Assembly (NCBI GenBank): GCA_964627605.1
Contig: CAZVGZ010000010.1
Span: forward strand, 12,788 to 76,787
Origin: an uncultured bacterium
GTDB taxonomy: Bacteria > Latescibacterota > MWCZ01 > CAZVGZ01
DNA length: 64,000 nucleotides
Reading direction: 5' to 3'
Shown here: positions 9,337 through 19,412 of the stretch, piece after piece
How positions within the stretch are numbered: the stretch's first letter is position 1
Layout: each line of letters starts with the position of its first letter
The notes under the pieces: model-generated
What the model was told of the DNA's origin: nothing
Seen by the model: the letters and a program-made list of their open reading frames with translations, nothing else
Database searches by the model: none
Position numbers and translations under genes: made by a program

Positions 9337-11661
9337 CTAGAACCGGTTATCAGTGCGGTTGGGTCTGGCTCTGTCACCGGGGATGTTTGGGCGAGATCGT
9401 ACAACCGCACCGACCCGGTGAACATTGCACGCTTCCTCTACATCTGACTGCCGGAAATGCTCTCGATAGGTATCCGGGCAGTAGTCGGTCGCCGACTTCC
9501 ACGTCGTGGTGCACACCCTCCGCTCAATCACTCCAGCGCCTGGACTCTCAAATTCAGCCACCGGCAGCCCCAGCGTATCGTGTGCCGCCTTCATGAAAGT
9601 GGCCCAGATCGGAAGCGCCGCTCCTGAGCCGCTGTGCTTCTTGCCCATGTCCGCCTTCTCGTCAAACCCGACCCACACACCTGTCACCAACTGCGGCGTA
9701 TATCCGACAAACCAGGCATCACCATAGTCGTTCGTCGTACCGGTCTTGCCCGCCGACGGCCTCTTATAGTAGAGCCGGCTCCGCGCGCCAATCGCTGTGC
9801 CCCACGGACGCCTGTATTGAGGTTCAGGCTCGCGTTCTGGAAGACAGTCGAATGCCGATGTCATCATCGACGTGATAATAAAAGCGCTTTCGGCGGACAG
9901 CACCTGCCGCTGCGCTCCGGCGCTGGTCTGCGGCCCAATCGTCATCCCCTCGCGGTTGGACACCCGCGTTACACCGATTGGACTTGTGTATATGCCTCTG
10001 TTGGCCACACCTCCATAGGCTGCGGCCAACTGCATGAGGATCACCTCGCCCACGCCAAGCGCCAGCGACGGCACACCAGGAAGCTTGGTCGTGATCCCCA
10101 ACTGCCTTGCATACTGAATCGCCAACCTTGGCCGAATTTTTTCCAGCAGCCTTATCGCTATTAGGTTGCGAGACCTCATCAGACCCACCCTGAGCGGCGT
10201 TAGCCCACCGACAGTCTTATCGTAGTTTTGAGGCCTCCACAGGCGACGGTTACCAAATGTGTCTATATCCTCAATCGTGAACGGCTGATCCAGAAGCAGG
10301 TAGTTCGGGGCGTAGCCGTTATCGATCGCTGCCATATACACAAACGGCTTAAACGCCGATCCTGGTTGCCTGAGCGCCTGGACGGCTCTGTTGAACTTCG
10401 ACTCCCTGAAATCGCGTCCCCCCACCATCGCCAATATCGCCCCAGTGGCGGGGTCCAAGCAGATCAGCGCAGCTTGAATCGGTTTGGCCCGCAGGGCGGC
10501 TGTATCGCTTGCGCTGGTGTCAAACAGTGCCGGGTCCAGCCATTCAGGGTGTTCGCCTGTTCTAACCCCCTCGTCAAACGTCGCTTGCATGAGCGCTAAC
10601 TGCTCGGTGACCGCCCGTTCAGCCAGTACCTGGAGCCTGGTGTCCAGAGTCGTCTGGATGTGAAGACCGCCCCCGAAAATGATCTCATCCGTCCCCACAG
10701 AATCCGGCATACCCAACGCCCGTGCAAAATCAGAACGCACCGAGTCGTTTCGGGCGATCCGTTTGCTGAGCGAGGTCCTGACGAACTCAGTGAAATACGG
10801 CGCTATCCCAGGAGGCTCCTGAGGTTTATTGGTGATCATCGGAATAGCGCTCAGGCTGTCAACTTCACTCTGCGTCAGCGCCCCGGTAACCCCCATTGTC
10901 CGAAGCACGACGTTGCGACGCCGTCGGGCGCGTTCGGGGTGTCGGTCAGGGCGATAGTTATTTGGGGCTCTCAGCATTCCGACAAACGTGGCGCACTGTT
11001 CTACAAGCAGGTCGCTGGCGGGGCGGTCGAAGTACTCTTTGGCAGCGGCTTGCACGCCATACGCTCCGCTGCCAAAATAGACCTGGTTCAAATAGAGCTG
11101 AATGATCTCAGGTTTGGTGAATGTCCTTTCGATCTTGACAGCGGTGAGCGCTTCTTTGATTTTTCGGGTGATACTCCGCTCGGAGCCCACGGTCGTGATA
11201 AACAGGTTTCTGGCAAGCTGTTGTGTTATAGTGCTGGTGCCCTGGGTCCGCCCGCCTCGCCGAATCTTATTTAACACAGCGCGGGCTATCCCCCTGACAT
11301 CGACTCCCCAGTGGGTCCAAAACTTTCGATCTTCAGTGGAGATCAGCGCGTCGGTTAGTGCAGGGGGAAGCTGTTCGTGGGGAACAAGCTCCCGCCTCTG
11401 TGTAAACAGACGTTTTAGGACGACCCCGTCACCACTCATTATCGTGGTTGTAAGACGCGGTCGTATCCTCTCCAAGCTGCCCAAGTCTGGGAGCGTATCG
11501 TCATAGTATGAAGCAAACCAGTAGGCGCTGCCGCCCACTATAAGCGACAGTCCAAAAAAGGCTCCAAAAAACCAAAAAACGTATCGACGCACAGACGCGA
11601 CCCCACAAAAGGAGACAGCGAGAACTCTTTTTAGATTCTCGAAGATACGTGCGGTGGCCAC
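9337..11661 (-). CDS. mrcA: Class A penicillin-binding protein (bifunctional transglycosylase/transpeptidase, PBP1A family)
   Basis: 774 aa. N-terminal TM anchor. GT51 motifs EDRKFWTHWGVD and RGGRTQGTSTITQQLARN. Transpeptidase SxxK region (GSAFKPFVY) and KTGTT motif. Confidence 0.9.
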   Translation of the reverse strand: MATARIFENLKRVLAVSFCGVASVRRYVFWFFGAFFGLSLIVGGSAYWFASYYDDTLPDLGSLERIRPRLTTTIMSGDGVVLKRLFTQRRELVPHEQLPPALTDALISTEDRKFWTHWGVDVRGIARAVLNKIRRGGRTQGTSTITQQLARNLFITTVGSERSITRKIKEALTAVKIERTFTKPEIIQLYLNQVYFGSGAYGVQAAAKEYFDRPASDLLVEQCATFVGMLRAPNNYRPDRHPERARRRRNVVLRTMGVTGALTQSEVDSLSAIPMITNKPQEPPGIAPYFTEFVRTSLSKRIARNDSVRSDFARALGMPDSVGTDEIIFGGGLHIQTTLDTRLQVLAERAVTEQLALMQATFDEGVRTGEHPEWLDPALFDTSASDTAALRAKPIQAALICLDPATGAILAMVGGRDFRESKFNRAVQALRQPGSAFKPFVYMAAIDNGYAPNYLLLDQPFTIEDIDTFGNRRLWRPQNYDKTVGGLTPLRVGLMRSRNLIAIRLLEKIRPRLAIQYARQLGITTKLPGVPSLALGVGEVILMQLAAAYGGVANRGIYTSPIGVTRVSNREGMTIGPQTSAGAQRQVLSAESAFIITSMMTSAFDCLPEREPEPQYRRPWGTAIGARSRLYYKRPSAGKTGTTNDYGDAWFVGYTPQLVTGVWVGFDEKADMGKKHSGSGAALPIWATFMKAAHDTLGLPVAEFESPGAGVIERRVCTTTWKSATDYCPDTYREHFRQSDVEEACNVHRVGAVVRSRPNIPGDRARPNRTDNRF

Positions 11662-11724
11662 TGCTCGGCAATTGGGAATCGGTTTTCAGATGGTGAATCA
11701 CCTACAGGAAAGGGCAGCGCTCCT

Positions 11725-12306
11725 ATGCCTCTTCAGCTAAAAATGGTGCGTACTGACTATGAAAGTATGCCCGATCTTGTCATGCCCACACCGTACGAGA
11801 TTCGCACCTATCAGCCTGGGGACGAACACCATTGGGCGAACATTATCAACCGCGCAGGGCATCTTGGCGAGTTCGATTCGCAGTCGGTCAAGGAGAAGCT
11901 GACAGGACAGCCTCAATTCACCCCTGAGTGCCTTTTGTTTGCCACCATCGACGAAGAGCCTGTGGCAACAGCCTGCGCTTGGCGAGATGGCGACTCAAAT
12001 CGACGGCAGGGACAGCTACATATGGTGGCTGTTATACCTGAGCATCAAGGGCACCGACTCGCATACTGGCTGAGTCTGGAGGCGATGAGAAAGCATCAGG
12101 ACTGGGGGATGCGCCGTCTGGTGCTATTCACCGACGATTTTCGGCTCGCGGCGGTCAAGACATACGCAAATCTGGATTGGCAGCCGGTCTATCGCGCCCC
12201 TGGCCATTTTGAGCGTTGGCACGACGTCTACTCCAAGCTAGGAATCCTTGATGAAGCCGCGTGCGCCAGGAGTCTCGCGCCACCGACGGGTTCGCCAGAT
12301 GGTTGA
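11725..12306 (+). CDS. GNAT family N-acetyltransferase
   Basis: 193 aa. Acetyl-CoA binding motif A-like IPEHQGHRLAYWL. Divergently transcribed from the PBP gene. Confidence 0.7.
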   Translation: MPLQLKMVRTDYESMPDLVMPTPYEIRTYQPGDEHHWANIINRAGHLGEFDSQSVKEKLTGQPQFTPECLLFATIDEEPVATACAWRDGDSNRRQGQLHMVAVIPEHQGHRLAYWLSLEAMRKHQDWGMRRLVLFTDDFRLAAVKTYANLDWQPVYRAPGHFERWHDVYSKLGILDEAACARSLAPPTGSPDG

Positions 12307-12366
12307 CGCTGGAGTATATTTCCTCTACAGGGATGAACGCTGGCTGGTCAGTTAGGGCCTATATAT

Positions 12367-12561
12367 ATGAGTTTCCGCAAACTGAAACGTCGTTATCAGT
12401 ACCACATGCTCGGTTTTGTGGTGATGATCGTAGGTATCGGAATCTTGGCGTGGACAGGTGTCGAACGCCATCCAAGAATATTCCCGCTGGCGGTAGGTGC
12501 TGTGATATTTCTGGTGAGCCTGGGCGTCCATAAGTTCCCCGGGCACGGCAGACGGCGGTAG
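12367..12561 (+). CDS. Small predicted membrane protein (two TM helices), hypothetical
   Basis: 64 aa with two hydrophobic segments (LGFVVMIVGIGILAW, LAVGAVIFLVSLGV). Ends 6 nt before the next ORF. Could be spurious. Confidence 0.3.
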   Translation: MSFRKLKRRYQYHMLGFVVMIVGIGILAWTGVERHPRIFPLAVGAVIFLVSLGVHKFPGHGRRR

Positions 12562-12567
12562 TAGGCT

Positions 12568-13653
12568 GTGCTGTTGCCGACCATGACCCCGGTCCGCCTC
12601 CCCCAGGCGACATCGCGCCTTTTCGCCATGAGCGCCGGCGGGAGTGGCGCTCTCTACTTCGGTAGTTCGCCGTCCCCCCTATATCGCTACGCCCCTTTCA
12701 GCGGCACACTTACAGCGATAGCCACACCTCTGACTGATCTCCCGATCTCTGCGTCGCTCGCGCTGGGCCATCGTGTCTACATTCTGAGCCAGAAGTCACC
12801 GACTATCGCGGTCTACGACACAGAAAAAGATGACTGGTCAACAATCAATCTTCCGCATGAAAGCGCCAACGTCTGGTATGGTATCGTCGATGAAGCACGC
12901 CAGAGCCTTTGGCTGATCGATCGCTCAAACGACACTCTCATGTGTCTCAACTGTCAAACCGAGTCCGTCGCGACGTTCGACTACCCATACGACAATGAAA
13001 TCCCAGGCGTAGCGATCGGTTTGAACGATGGCCATAGACTACTTTTAGTCGGCACGGACCCTTGTGGAGTGGGCATTTTTGATCGCAGATCTGAGCGGTT
13101 TTCCAAGTGGATCGGTTCGCCTTGGCCGGAAATCGAGCCCACTGGAGTCGTGCCGATCCCAGAAGATCGCTTGTTGATAGCCGACAGGTTGCGCGGGCGT
13201 CTGGCTGTATACCATCTGAAGTCCGAGATTTGGGAGAGGCCAATTGAGATGCCGGATCACGGATCGGTCTATGGGTTTATCGGTATGGGCCTTCCTTGGG
13301 ACGGTGGGGCGCTGTTCTGCCTGAGTACCTATCAGGGTACAATGAGGTACGACAGGCATGCCAACAGCTTTGTGTCCACCGGTTCAGTTGACTCCGGTTT
13401 GGGTGTAGACGGCCTCCCATATCATTTTATGGACCGCTATCTAGCCTTCGATCCGTCTGACGAATCGGTGAGCTACCTAGCGATTGACGACCCCATGGAC
13501 AGCTACACCCAACTGTGCTACGGTTTGGTCCACGATGGGCATCTCTATGTAACCGGCAACGATATATACGACTCAGACACCCGGGTTCCTGACGGCGGTA
13601 ATGTCGGGCCCATGACGGTGTGGCAGTCTTTCCCACCGCAGGAGACTACATGA
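12568..13653 (+). CDS. Hypothetical beta-propeller-like protein
   Basis: 361 aa ORF in a GC-rich coding frame, with Trp/Gly-rich blade-like repeats. No recognisable catalytic motifs. The start is uncertain (alternative Met at ~12628). Confidence 0.55.
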   Translation: MLLPTMTPVRLPQATSRLFAMSAGGSGALYFGSSPSPLYRYAPFSGTLTAIATPLTDLPISASLALGHRVYILSQKSPTIAVYDTEKDDWSTINLPHESANVWYGIVDEARQSLWLIDRSNDTLMCLNCQTESVATFDYPYDNEIPGVAIGLNDGHRLLLVGTDPCGVGIFDRRSERFSKWIGSPWPEIEPTGVVPIPEDRLLIADRLRGRLAVYHLKSEIWERPIEMPDHGSVYGFIGMGLPWDGGALFCLSTYQGTMRYDRHANSFVSTGSVDSGLGVDGLPYHFMDRYLAFDPSDESVSYLAIDDPMDSYTQLCYGLVHDGHLYVTGNDIYDSDTRVPDGGNVGPMTVWQSFPPQETT

Positions 13654-14057
13654 CAGCCACAGCGGGGTATGCGATTCTTGTGATGACGATGTACGGCGGT
13701 GCTATGTTTCTAATGAAGCTCGCTGGCAGCCGCCTCGACCCGTTTACCTGTGTCAGTATGAATATCATCGGTTACGGTGCGCTCGGAGCGATCGCCATGA
13801 CCAGGGCGCAGTGGAGCTTCGGTTGGCCGAGTCTGGTCGCCATCGCCATCGGAGCGATGTACGTGATCGGAAACGCCGCATTCTACAAGCTGTCCCAGGT
13901 CGCCGACGTGAGCACTCTGGCCCCGATAGTCAGCCTCCAGATCATGATCCCCATCGCCCTGGGAATCGCGCTGCTCGGCGAACCTGTCACCGTTCGAAAG
14001 GCGTTCGGTGTCCTCCTGGCGACGGCATCCATCTGGCTACTGTCCACGGAAACATGA
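13650..14057 (+). CDS. EamA/DMT-like small membrane transporter (four TM helices)
   Basis: Four hydrophobic helices and an EamA-like half-transporter pattern. Start taken at the internal Met (MTATAGYAILV), overlapping the upstream gene by 4 nt. Confidence 0.55.
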   Translation: MTATAGYAILVMTMYGGAMFLMKLAGSRLDPFTCVSMNIIGYGALGAIAMTRAQWSFGWPSLVAIAIGAMYVIGNAAFYKLSQVADVSTLAPIVSLQIMIPIALGIALLGEPVTVRKAFGVLLATASIWLLSTET

Positions 14058-14376
14058 AGACAGAACGCGTCGCATCAGAGCACGCGGCGTGCTAAAGAAG
14101 CGTTTGTAATCGCACACGTTGATGGTGTCGAGGGAAGCCCGGTGTGGAGTTCTGTTGGGGCGGCATGTCGCCCAACGCTGGCATGATAGGTACACACAGC
14201 GCTCGAAATGCTGTGAGGGTCGTAACAACACCAGAACTAGTTGCCATGCCATCGAAGTAAAGGTTCGCCACATCGCTATCAATGTGTTTTAGCGCTCACT
14301 CTGGTCGGAACAAAGTCCGGTGGTTTTGCGTTTGTAAAGGTGTCGGTTTCAGCGGGTTAGAAATCTGCACGACAAG

Positions 14377-14406
14377 TTGGGGTTTTACGAAGGTGAGCCG
14401 TATAAT
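14377..14406 (+). promoter_or_regulatory. Putative sigma70-type promoter (TTGGGG-18-TATAAT) in the long AT-rich intergenic region upstream of sucC
   Basis: Consensus -10 TATAAT at 14401-14406. TTGGGG 18 nt upstream. About 255 nt before the sucC ATG. Confidence 0.3.
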
Positions 14407-14660
14407 ACTCCTGTAACAGTATATTATCAGAATTCATTTGAAAAACAATGCACTCTTGCAGAAGTTGTTGAGTCGCAATAGGGAATGACCATAAAGGGGC
14501 CGGTGGCATTTGGAGGGTGAGACGTGCTGTCCATCCAATGTCCACGATTTTTAGTTTCCCAATTGACCCCACTGTCAGGACGCACTAAATTTGTGCAGGC
14601 ACAGCAATATTTCGCCCTAACGGGTTTTCCTGCGCATATCAGTTGTCTCCAGGGGGACAG

Positions 14661-15821
14661 ATGAAGATTCACGAATACCAGGCGAAAGAGTTGCTATCGC
14701 GATTTGGCGTGGCTACCACTCGCGGCGGGGTCGCTGAAAGCCCTGAAGAAGCTAGAAGAACCGCAGAGGAGCTGAGCAGCGAACTTTTTGTGGTCAAAGC
14801 GCAGATTCACGCCGGAGGGCGTGGCAAAGGTGGCGGTGTTAAGTTGGCCAAAAGCCCAGATGAGGTTGAGGAGCTGGCATCTGAGATTCTCGGAATGCAA
14901 CTCATCACTCATCAGACAGGACCAGAGGGCCAACAGGTCAGGAAGATTTATGTACAGCAAGGGCTGGATATTGAGCGCGAACTGTACATAGGGGTGGTGT
15001 TGGATCGCTCCCAGTCAAAGCTGGTATTGATGGCTTCTCAAGAGGGCGGAATAGAGATCGAACGCGTCGCGGCGGAAACCCCGGAGAAAATCCTGACAGA
15101 AACAGTGGATCCGGTTGTGGGGCTACAACCTTTTCAGGCACGAAAACTGGCCTTCGGATTGGGATTAGAGACATCTCAGATTCGTTCGGCGGTGAAGTTC
15201 ATGACGAACCTTGTGACCATGGTAGAAACTCTTGATGCATCGTTAGCAGAGATCAACCCTCTAGCGGTAACTCCAACTGGCGACATCGTTGCGCTGGACG
15301 CCAAAATCAACCTCGACGATAACGCTCTGTTCAAACACCCCGAGCTACCAGAACTGAGGGACCCTCACGAGGAAGACCCGCTTGAAATCAAGGCCCACGA
15401 AAACGATCTGAACTACATCAAACTTGACGGCGATGTGGGCTGCATGGTCAACGGTGCAGGGTTGGCGATGGCGACGATGGACATCATCAAGCTCGCTGGA
15501 GGTCAGCCAGCCAACTTCCTGGATGTTGGTGGATCCGCATCAGTAGTGACAGTGAGGAGCGGGTTTGAGATTCTAATGTCCGACCCCAACGTCCGCGCGG
15601 TGCTGATTAACATATTCGGCGGCATCGTCAGGTGTGACCGAGTTGCGGCAGGCGTTATAGAAGCGATGTCTCAGGTGAATGTCGATATGCCGGTGGTAGT
15701 GCGATTGGAAGGGACGAACGCTCGTGAGGCAGCTGAGCTGCTGGACGCATCCGATCTGGAGTTCTCAGTGGCGAAAAGCCTCGAAGAAGCGGCGAACATG
15801 GTCACCTCGACCCTGAACTGA
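14661..15821 (+). CDS. sucC: Succinyl-CoA synthetase beta subunit (ADP-forming)
   Basis: MKIHEYQAKELL N-terminus, an ATP-grasp fold, a C-terminal CoA-ligase domain. 387 aa from the internal Met. Confidence 0.95.
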   Translation: MKIHEYQAKELLSRFGVATTRGGVAESPEEARRTAEELSSELFVVKAQIHAGGRGKGGGVKLAKSPDEVEELASEILGMQLITHQTGPEGQQVRKIYVQQGLDIERELYIGVVLDRSQSKLVLMASQEGGIEIERVAAETPEKILTETVDPVVGLQPFQARKLAFGLGLETSQIRSAVKFMTNLVTMVETLDASLAEINPLAVTPTGDIVALDAKINLDDNALFKHPELPELRDPHEEDPLEIKAHENDLNYIKLDGDVGCMVNGAGLAMATMDIIKLAGGQPANFLDVGGSASVVTVRSGFEILMSDPNVRAVLINIFGGIVRCDRVAAGVIEAMSQVNVDMPVVVRLEGTNAREAAELLDASDLEFSVAKSLEEAANMVTSTLN

Positions 15822-15914
15822 ATAGCCTATTGGAGGGGCGGTTTGGTGATGGTTCTAAGTTGCTCATCAGGAACAGACCAGAGTCGATAATCTGCTTTGC
15901 AGGTGAGACAGGAA

Positions 15915-15937
15915 CTACCTCCAGCAGTCGGAGGTAG
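15915..15937 (+). other. Perfect 8-bp stem-loop (CTACCTCC-7nt-GGAGGTAG) between sucC and the inserted epimerase gene
   Basis: Inverted repeat read directly from the sequence. No downstream U-run. Possible RNA processing or attenuation element. Confidence 0.35.
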
Positions 15938-15977
15938 GCAGCGGTACATTAGGAGGGACAACTGAAAGGAAACACCC

Positions 15978-17261
15978 TTGTCGATATTGGCGATCACACC
16001 ACAAGAGATTCAGGCTCGGCTGAAACAGATTGAGCCCTACCTAAAGCGGCAGCTTCTGCCATTTTGGTTAGACAACGGCTCCGACGAGAAGTTCGGCGGC
16101 TTCTTGACCCACTTTGACCGAGAGGGCCAACCCTCTGGTGGCACTGACAAGACTCTCGTGGGTCAGACACGCCTCATCTATACCATGGCGTCAGCCCACC
16201 GTTCAGGATATGGCGACCTCCTGACAGCTTTCTCCGCGACCGAGGGTGTCGAGTTCCTCATTGACAACTACTGGGACGACGAATATGGTGGATGGTACTG
16301 GAACTGCGACAGACAGGGCTGGTCCACCGACGAGAGCAAGATAGTTTACGGACAGAGTTTCGCCATCTACGCTCTTAGCGAGTTCACGCTGGCTACAGGT
16401 AAAGAGATCGGGCAGGAGTACGCCGAGAGGACTTTCGATCTTCTGGTTCGAAACGCCGCAGAGACCGAGTATGGCGGCTACTACGAGATGCTCAACTCGG
16501 ACTGGTCGCCCAAATCGAGCGGGGCGGGTGGCGGCGATCGCAAGACATTCGACGTGCATATGCACCTTATGGAGGCCTTTACCGCCCTCTACGAACTTAC
16601 AGGCTCCAAGGATCATGAACGCAAATTGAGAGCTGTCGTGGGCATCCTACTAAACCGGATGTTGGAGCCGACTCACGGAACAGGCGTAGCGCAGTTTGCG
16701 CTTGACTGGACCCCCCTAAGGGCGATCCAGTTCAAAAACATCTGGGGCAACGACAGGGAGGCCGACGATTTTGAAGGCCGCCCGCTCAACAACACGAGCT
16801 ACGGGCACAACGTAGAGTTCGCGTGGCTTCTTCAGCACACGCTCGATGTTTTGGGCGACGACATCGACGATTACAAAGATATCCTCGGCAAGCTCTATGA
16901 CCATGCGGTCACCTACGGCGTTGACCGTGAACACGGTGGTATTTTTGTCGAGGGCCCTCACGATGGCGAAGCCACCCAAACCCTAAAAGAGTTTTGGCAG
17001 CAAGCCGAAGCGATGGTCGGTTTCTTGGACGCCTACCTCTTGTACAACAGCAAGAACTATTGGGACGCGTTTACATCAGTGTTCGAGTTCACCTGGGAGA
17101 AGATGATAAACCACGATGTGGGAGAGTGGTTCGCCCTTCTCGAACGCGACGGAACCGTCAAATGGGACTACCTTGGCCACGAATGGAAGACCAGTTATCA
17201 TACTGTAAGGTCAATGATTCAGTGTGTAGACCGCCTCAAGCAGCTTGAGAGGCTTACCTAG
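15978..17261 (+). CDS. N-acylglucosamine 2-epimerase (AGE) superfamily protein (cellobiose/mannose/sulfoquinovose isomerase-epimerase-like)
   Basis: 427 aa. (alpha/alpha)6-barrel family signatures such as EFWQQAEAMVGFLDAY, GHNVEFAWLL and KTFDVHMHLMEAF. TTG start with AGGAAA upstream. Confidence 0.8.
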   Translation: MSILAITPQEIQARLKQIEPYLKRQLLPFWLDNGSDEKFGGFLTHFDREGQPSGGTDKTLVGQTRLIYTMASAHRSGYGDLLTAFSATEGVEFLIDNYWDDEYGGWYWNCDRQGWSTDESKIVYGQSFAIYALSEFTLATGKEIGQEYAERTFDLLVRNAAETEYGGYYEMLNSDWSPKSSGAGGGDRKTFDVHMHLMEAFTALYELTGSKDHERKLRAVVGILLNRMLEPTHGTGVAQFALDWTPLRAIQFKNIWGNDREADDFEGRPLNNTSYGHNVEFAWLLQHTLDVLGDDIDDYKDILGKLYDHAVTYGVDREHGGIFVEGPHDGEATQTLKEFWQQAEAMVGFLDAYLLYNSKNYWDAFTSVFEFTWEKMINHDVGEWFALLERDGTVKWDYLGHEWKTSYHTVRSMIQCVDRLKQLERLT

Positions 17262-17273
17262 CCGATCGACACC

Positions 17274-17303
17274 CACCACCGTTGTTTTTTTGCGACGGTG
17301 GTG
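17274..17303 (+). other. 9-bp GC-rich hairpin (CACCACCGT-12nt-ACGGTGGTG) 13 nt after the epimerase stop
   Basis: Perfect inverted repeat. The T-run lies in the loop rather than 3' of the stem, so it is not a canonical intrinsic terminator. Confidence 0.3.
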
Positions 17304-17466
17304 TTGACTGGGATTGATCCCAAATTTGAGTGGTATGTCTGCATCAGTCCCGTGTTTCTAACTTTCCGGATGACGGTCTGGGCACCGATACCTTTCCGAG
17401 AGATCCACACCGAATGACGGCGCACTACCGACCAGTAGTGCGCTCTGGCGCCACACAGGAGCACAG

Positions 17467-18336
17467 ATGAGCATATTAGTCGATAAGAGCACCCGCCTTG
17501 TCGTGCAGGGGATCACCGGTGGTGAGGGGTCTTTCCACACCCGCCAGATGGTAGAGTACGGCACGCAGGTCGTAGCAGGCGCGGTACCGGGCAAAGGCGG
17601 CCAGGATTTTGATGGTATTCCGGTGTTCAACACGGTATCAGACGCTGTCGAGCAGGCCGGCGCAAACGCGTCGGTGGTGTTTGTTCCGCCGCCGTTCGCC
17701 GCTGACGCGATCATGGAGGCCGCTGATGCTGGGGTTGCACTGGTGATCTGCATCACTGAAGGCATTCCCACCATCGACATGATCGACGTTCACGCCTATT
17801 TGGAAAACCGCCCGACCAGGTTAGTGGGTCCCAACTGCCCGGGAGTCATATCTCCCGGACAGTGCAAAATCGGCATAATGCCAGAGTTCATTCACGAACC
17901 AGGTCCGGTGGGTGTGGTGAGCCGCAGCGGTACGTTGACCTACGAAGCGGTTTTTCAGTTGACACAGCGCGGAATCGGGCAATCAACCTGTCTGGGCATC
18001 GGCGGCGATCCGATCATCGGCACCCAGTTCGTCGATGCGCTCAAACTTTTCGCCGCAGACGACGCCACCGAGGCGGTAGTCCTCATCGGCGAAATCGGCG
18101 GTACCGCTGAAGAGGACGCTGCTGAGTTCATCCGCGACCATGTCGACAAACCGGTCGTGGCTTTAATCGCCGGGCGAACCGCCCCCCCTGGCAAGCGGAT
18201 GGGGCATGCAGGTGCCATCATAGCAGGTAGTCACGGCACCGCCGACGAGAAGATGGCGGCTCTTGAAGCTGCTGGCGTCAGCGTTTGTCAAAGCCCTGCG
18301 GATATTGGCCAAACTGTCCAAAAAGTCTTAAATTAG
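17467..18336 (+). CDS. sucD: Succinyl-CoA synthetase alpha subunit
   Basis: 289 aa. CoA-binding N-terminus and the phosphohistidine loop region (MGHAGAII). Typical SucD. Confidence 0.95.
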   Translation: MSILVDKSTRLVVQGITGGEGSFHTRQMVEYGTQVVAGAVPGKGGQDFDGIPVFNTVSDAVEQAGANASVVFVPPPFAADAIMEAADAGVALVICITEGIPTIDMIDVHAYLENRPTRLVGPNCPGVISPGQCKIGIMPEFIHEPGPVGVVSRSGTLTYEAVFQLTQRGIGQSTCLGIGGDPIIGTQFVDALKLFAADDATEAVVLIGEIGGTAEEDAAEFIRDHVDKPVVALIAGRTAPPGKRMGHAGAIIAGSHGTADEKMAALEAAGVSVCQSPADIGQTVQKVLN

Positions 18337-18549
18337 ACAGTGTAGGGTGGGGTTTTGGAGGCATGATCATGGCCCTGGAATCTGACCACCCACAACTGCG
18401 ATGCCCATCGGTGTGGTATGGGAACCTTCCCAGTCCAATCTGTTGGCTTTGATGTGCTGCCCTAGACTCTTCTTCTGACAACCTGATTAGCAGCCGACGC
18501 CGCGAGTACGGTGTTGCAGTTGCATGTCAAAACCATTCGGAGGCACAAC

Positions 18550-18966
18550 GTGGTCGAAAAGACCCTATTGATGATTAAGCCTGACGCTGTCGGCGCAGGA
18601 CATACAGGTTCGATACTCGGTCGTCTTGAGCAAGAAGGGTTCAAGATCGTCGCGCTCAAGAAGACGAGGCTATCAGACGAAAAAGCTCGCCTGTTCTACG
18701 CTGTCCATCAGGAGCGACCGTTCTACGACGATCTTGTAACATTCATGACATCGGGACCGGTCGTTCCAGTCCTCCTTTTCAAAGAGGATGCCATCTCTTC
18801 ACTCCGAGAGCTGGTGGGCAACACCGATACCGCCCTCGCCGACGACGGGACCATCCGGCAGCTCTATGGAACCGACAAGCAGATGAATGCGGTCCATGCA
18901 TCTGATGCGACACAGACCGCCGCCACCGAAGCCGCTTTCTTTTTCAGCGAGCTTGAACGTCTCTAG
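18550..18966 (+). CDS. ndk: Nucleoside diphosphate kinase
   Basis: ERTLLMIKPDAV N-terminal motif and an active-site His region (NAVHASD). GTG start preceded by GGAGG at -11. Confidence 0.9.
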   Translation: MVEKTLLMIKPDAVGAGHTGSILGRLEQEGFKIVALKKTRLSDEKARLFYAVHQERPFYDDLVTFMTSGPVVPVLLFKEDAISSLRELVGNTDTALADDGTIRQLYGTDKQMNAVHASDATQTAATEAAFFFSELERL

Positions 18967-18980
18967 CCTGGCGACACCTC

Positions 18981-19412
18981 ATGAGCACAGAAACTTTAGA
19001 CCAACTAGCCAGCGTCGCCAAAGCTGGCGGCCTTACAGCGGCCCAGGACGAGCGCGGATTCAGCCGAGTGGCGGTCATCGGTGCAGGCACAATGGGCACC
19101 GGAATCGCCCAAGCTGTCACCCAGACCGGCCTTGATGTAATAATCTGCGAAAAAGATGCCGATTCGCTGAAAGAAGGCATTGCACGGCTAACCGAATCCC
19201 TCGACCAGGAGATCGGCAGATGGGGGATGACCGCTGGCGAACGCCGCGCGATTCTCGCTCGAATACACGCTGGCGATCCTAATCAGCCCCAATCACGGGG
19301 TACTGGCCAACATCGGCGAAATCGACGCAGTGGGGCACCGCGTTGTCCACGGCGGCGAAAAATTTTCAGGGCCGGTGGTCATCACCGACGAGGTGATGGC
19401 GCAGATCGTTGA
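18981..19412 (+). pseudogene. 3-hydroxyacyl-CoA dehydrogenase N-terminal NAD-binding domain fragment (3'-truncated, ~98 aa homologous) with a junk C-terminal tail
   Basis: VAVIGAGTMGTGIAQ Rossmann motif typical of Hbd/FadB-type dehydrogenases. Homology ends near 19275, after which the frame reads low-complexity Arg-rich text and overlaps the ackA frame. Confidence 0.6.

Noticed and set aside
14100-14640. Possible RNase P RNA or other known ncRNA in the long intergenic region (partial AAAGTCCGG match)
   Set aside because: Only a 9-nt partial match to the P4 region. The other conserved RNase P elements (e.g. GGGTAACGCC, ACAGAACCCGGCTTA) are absent, so I cannot support the call by eye.
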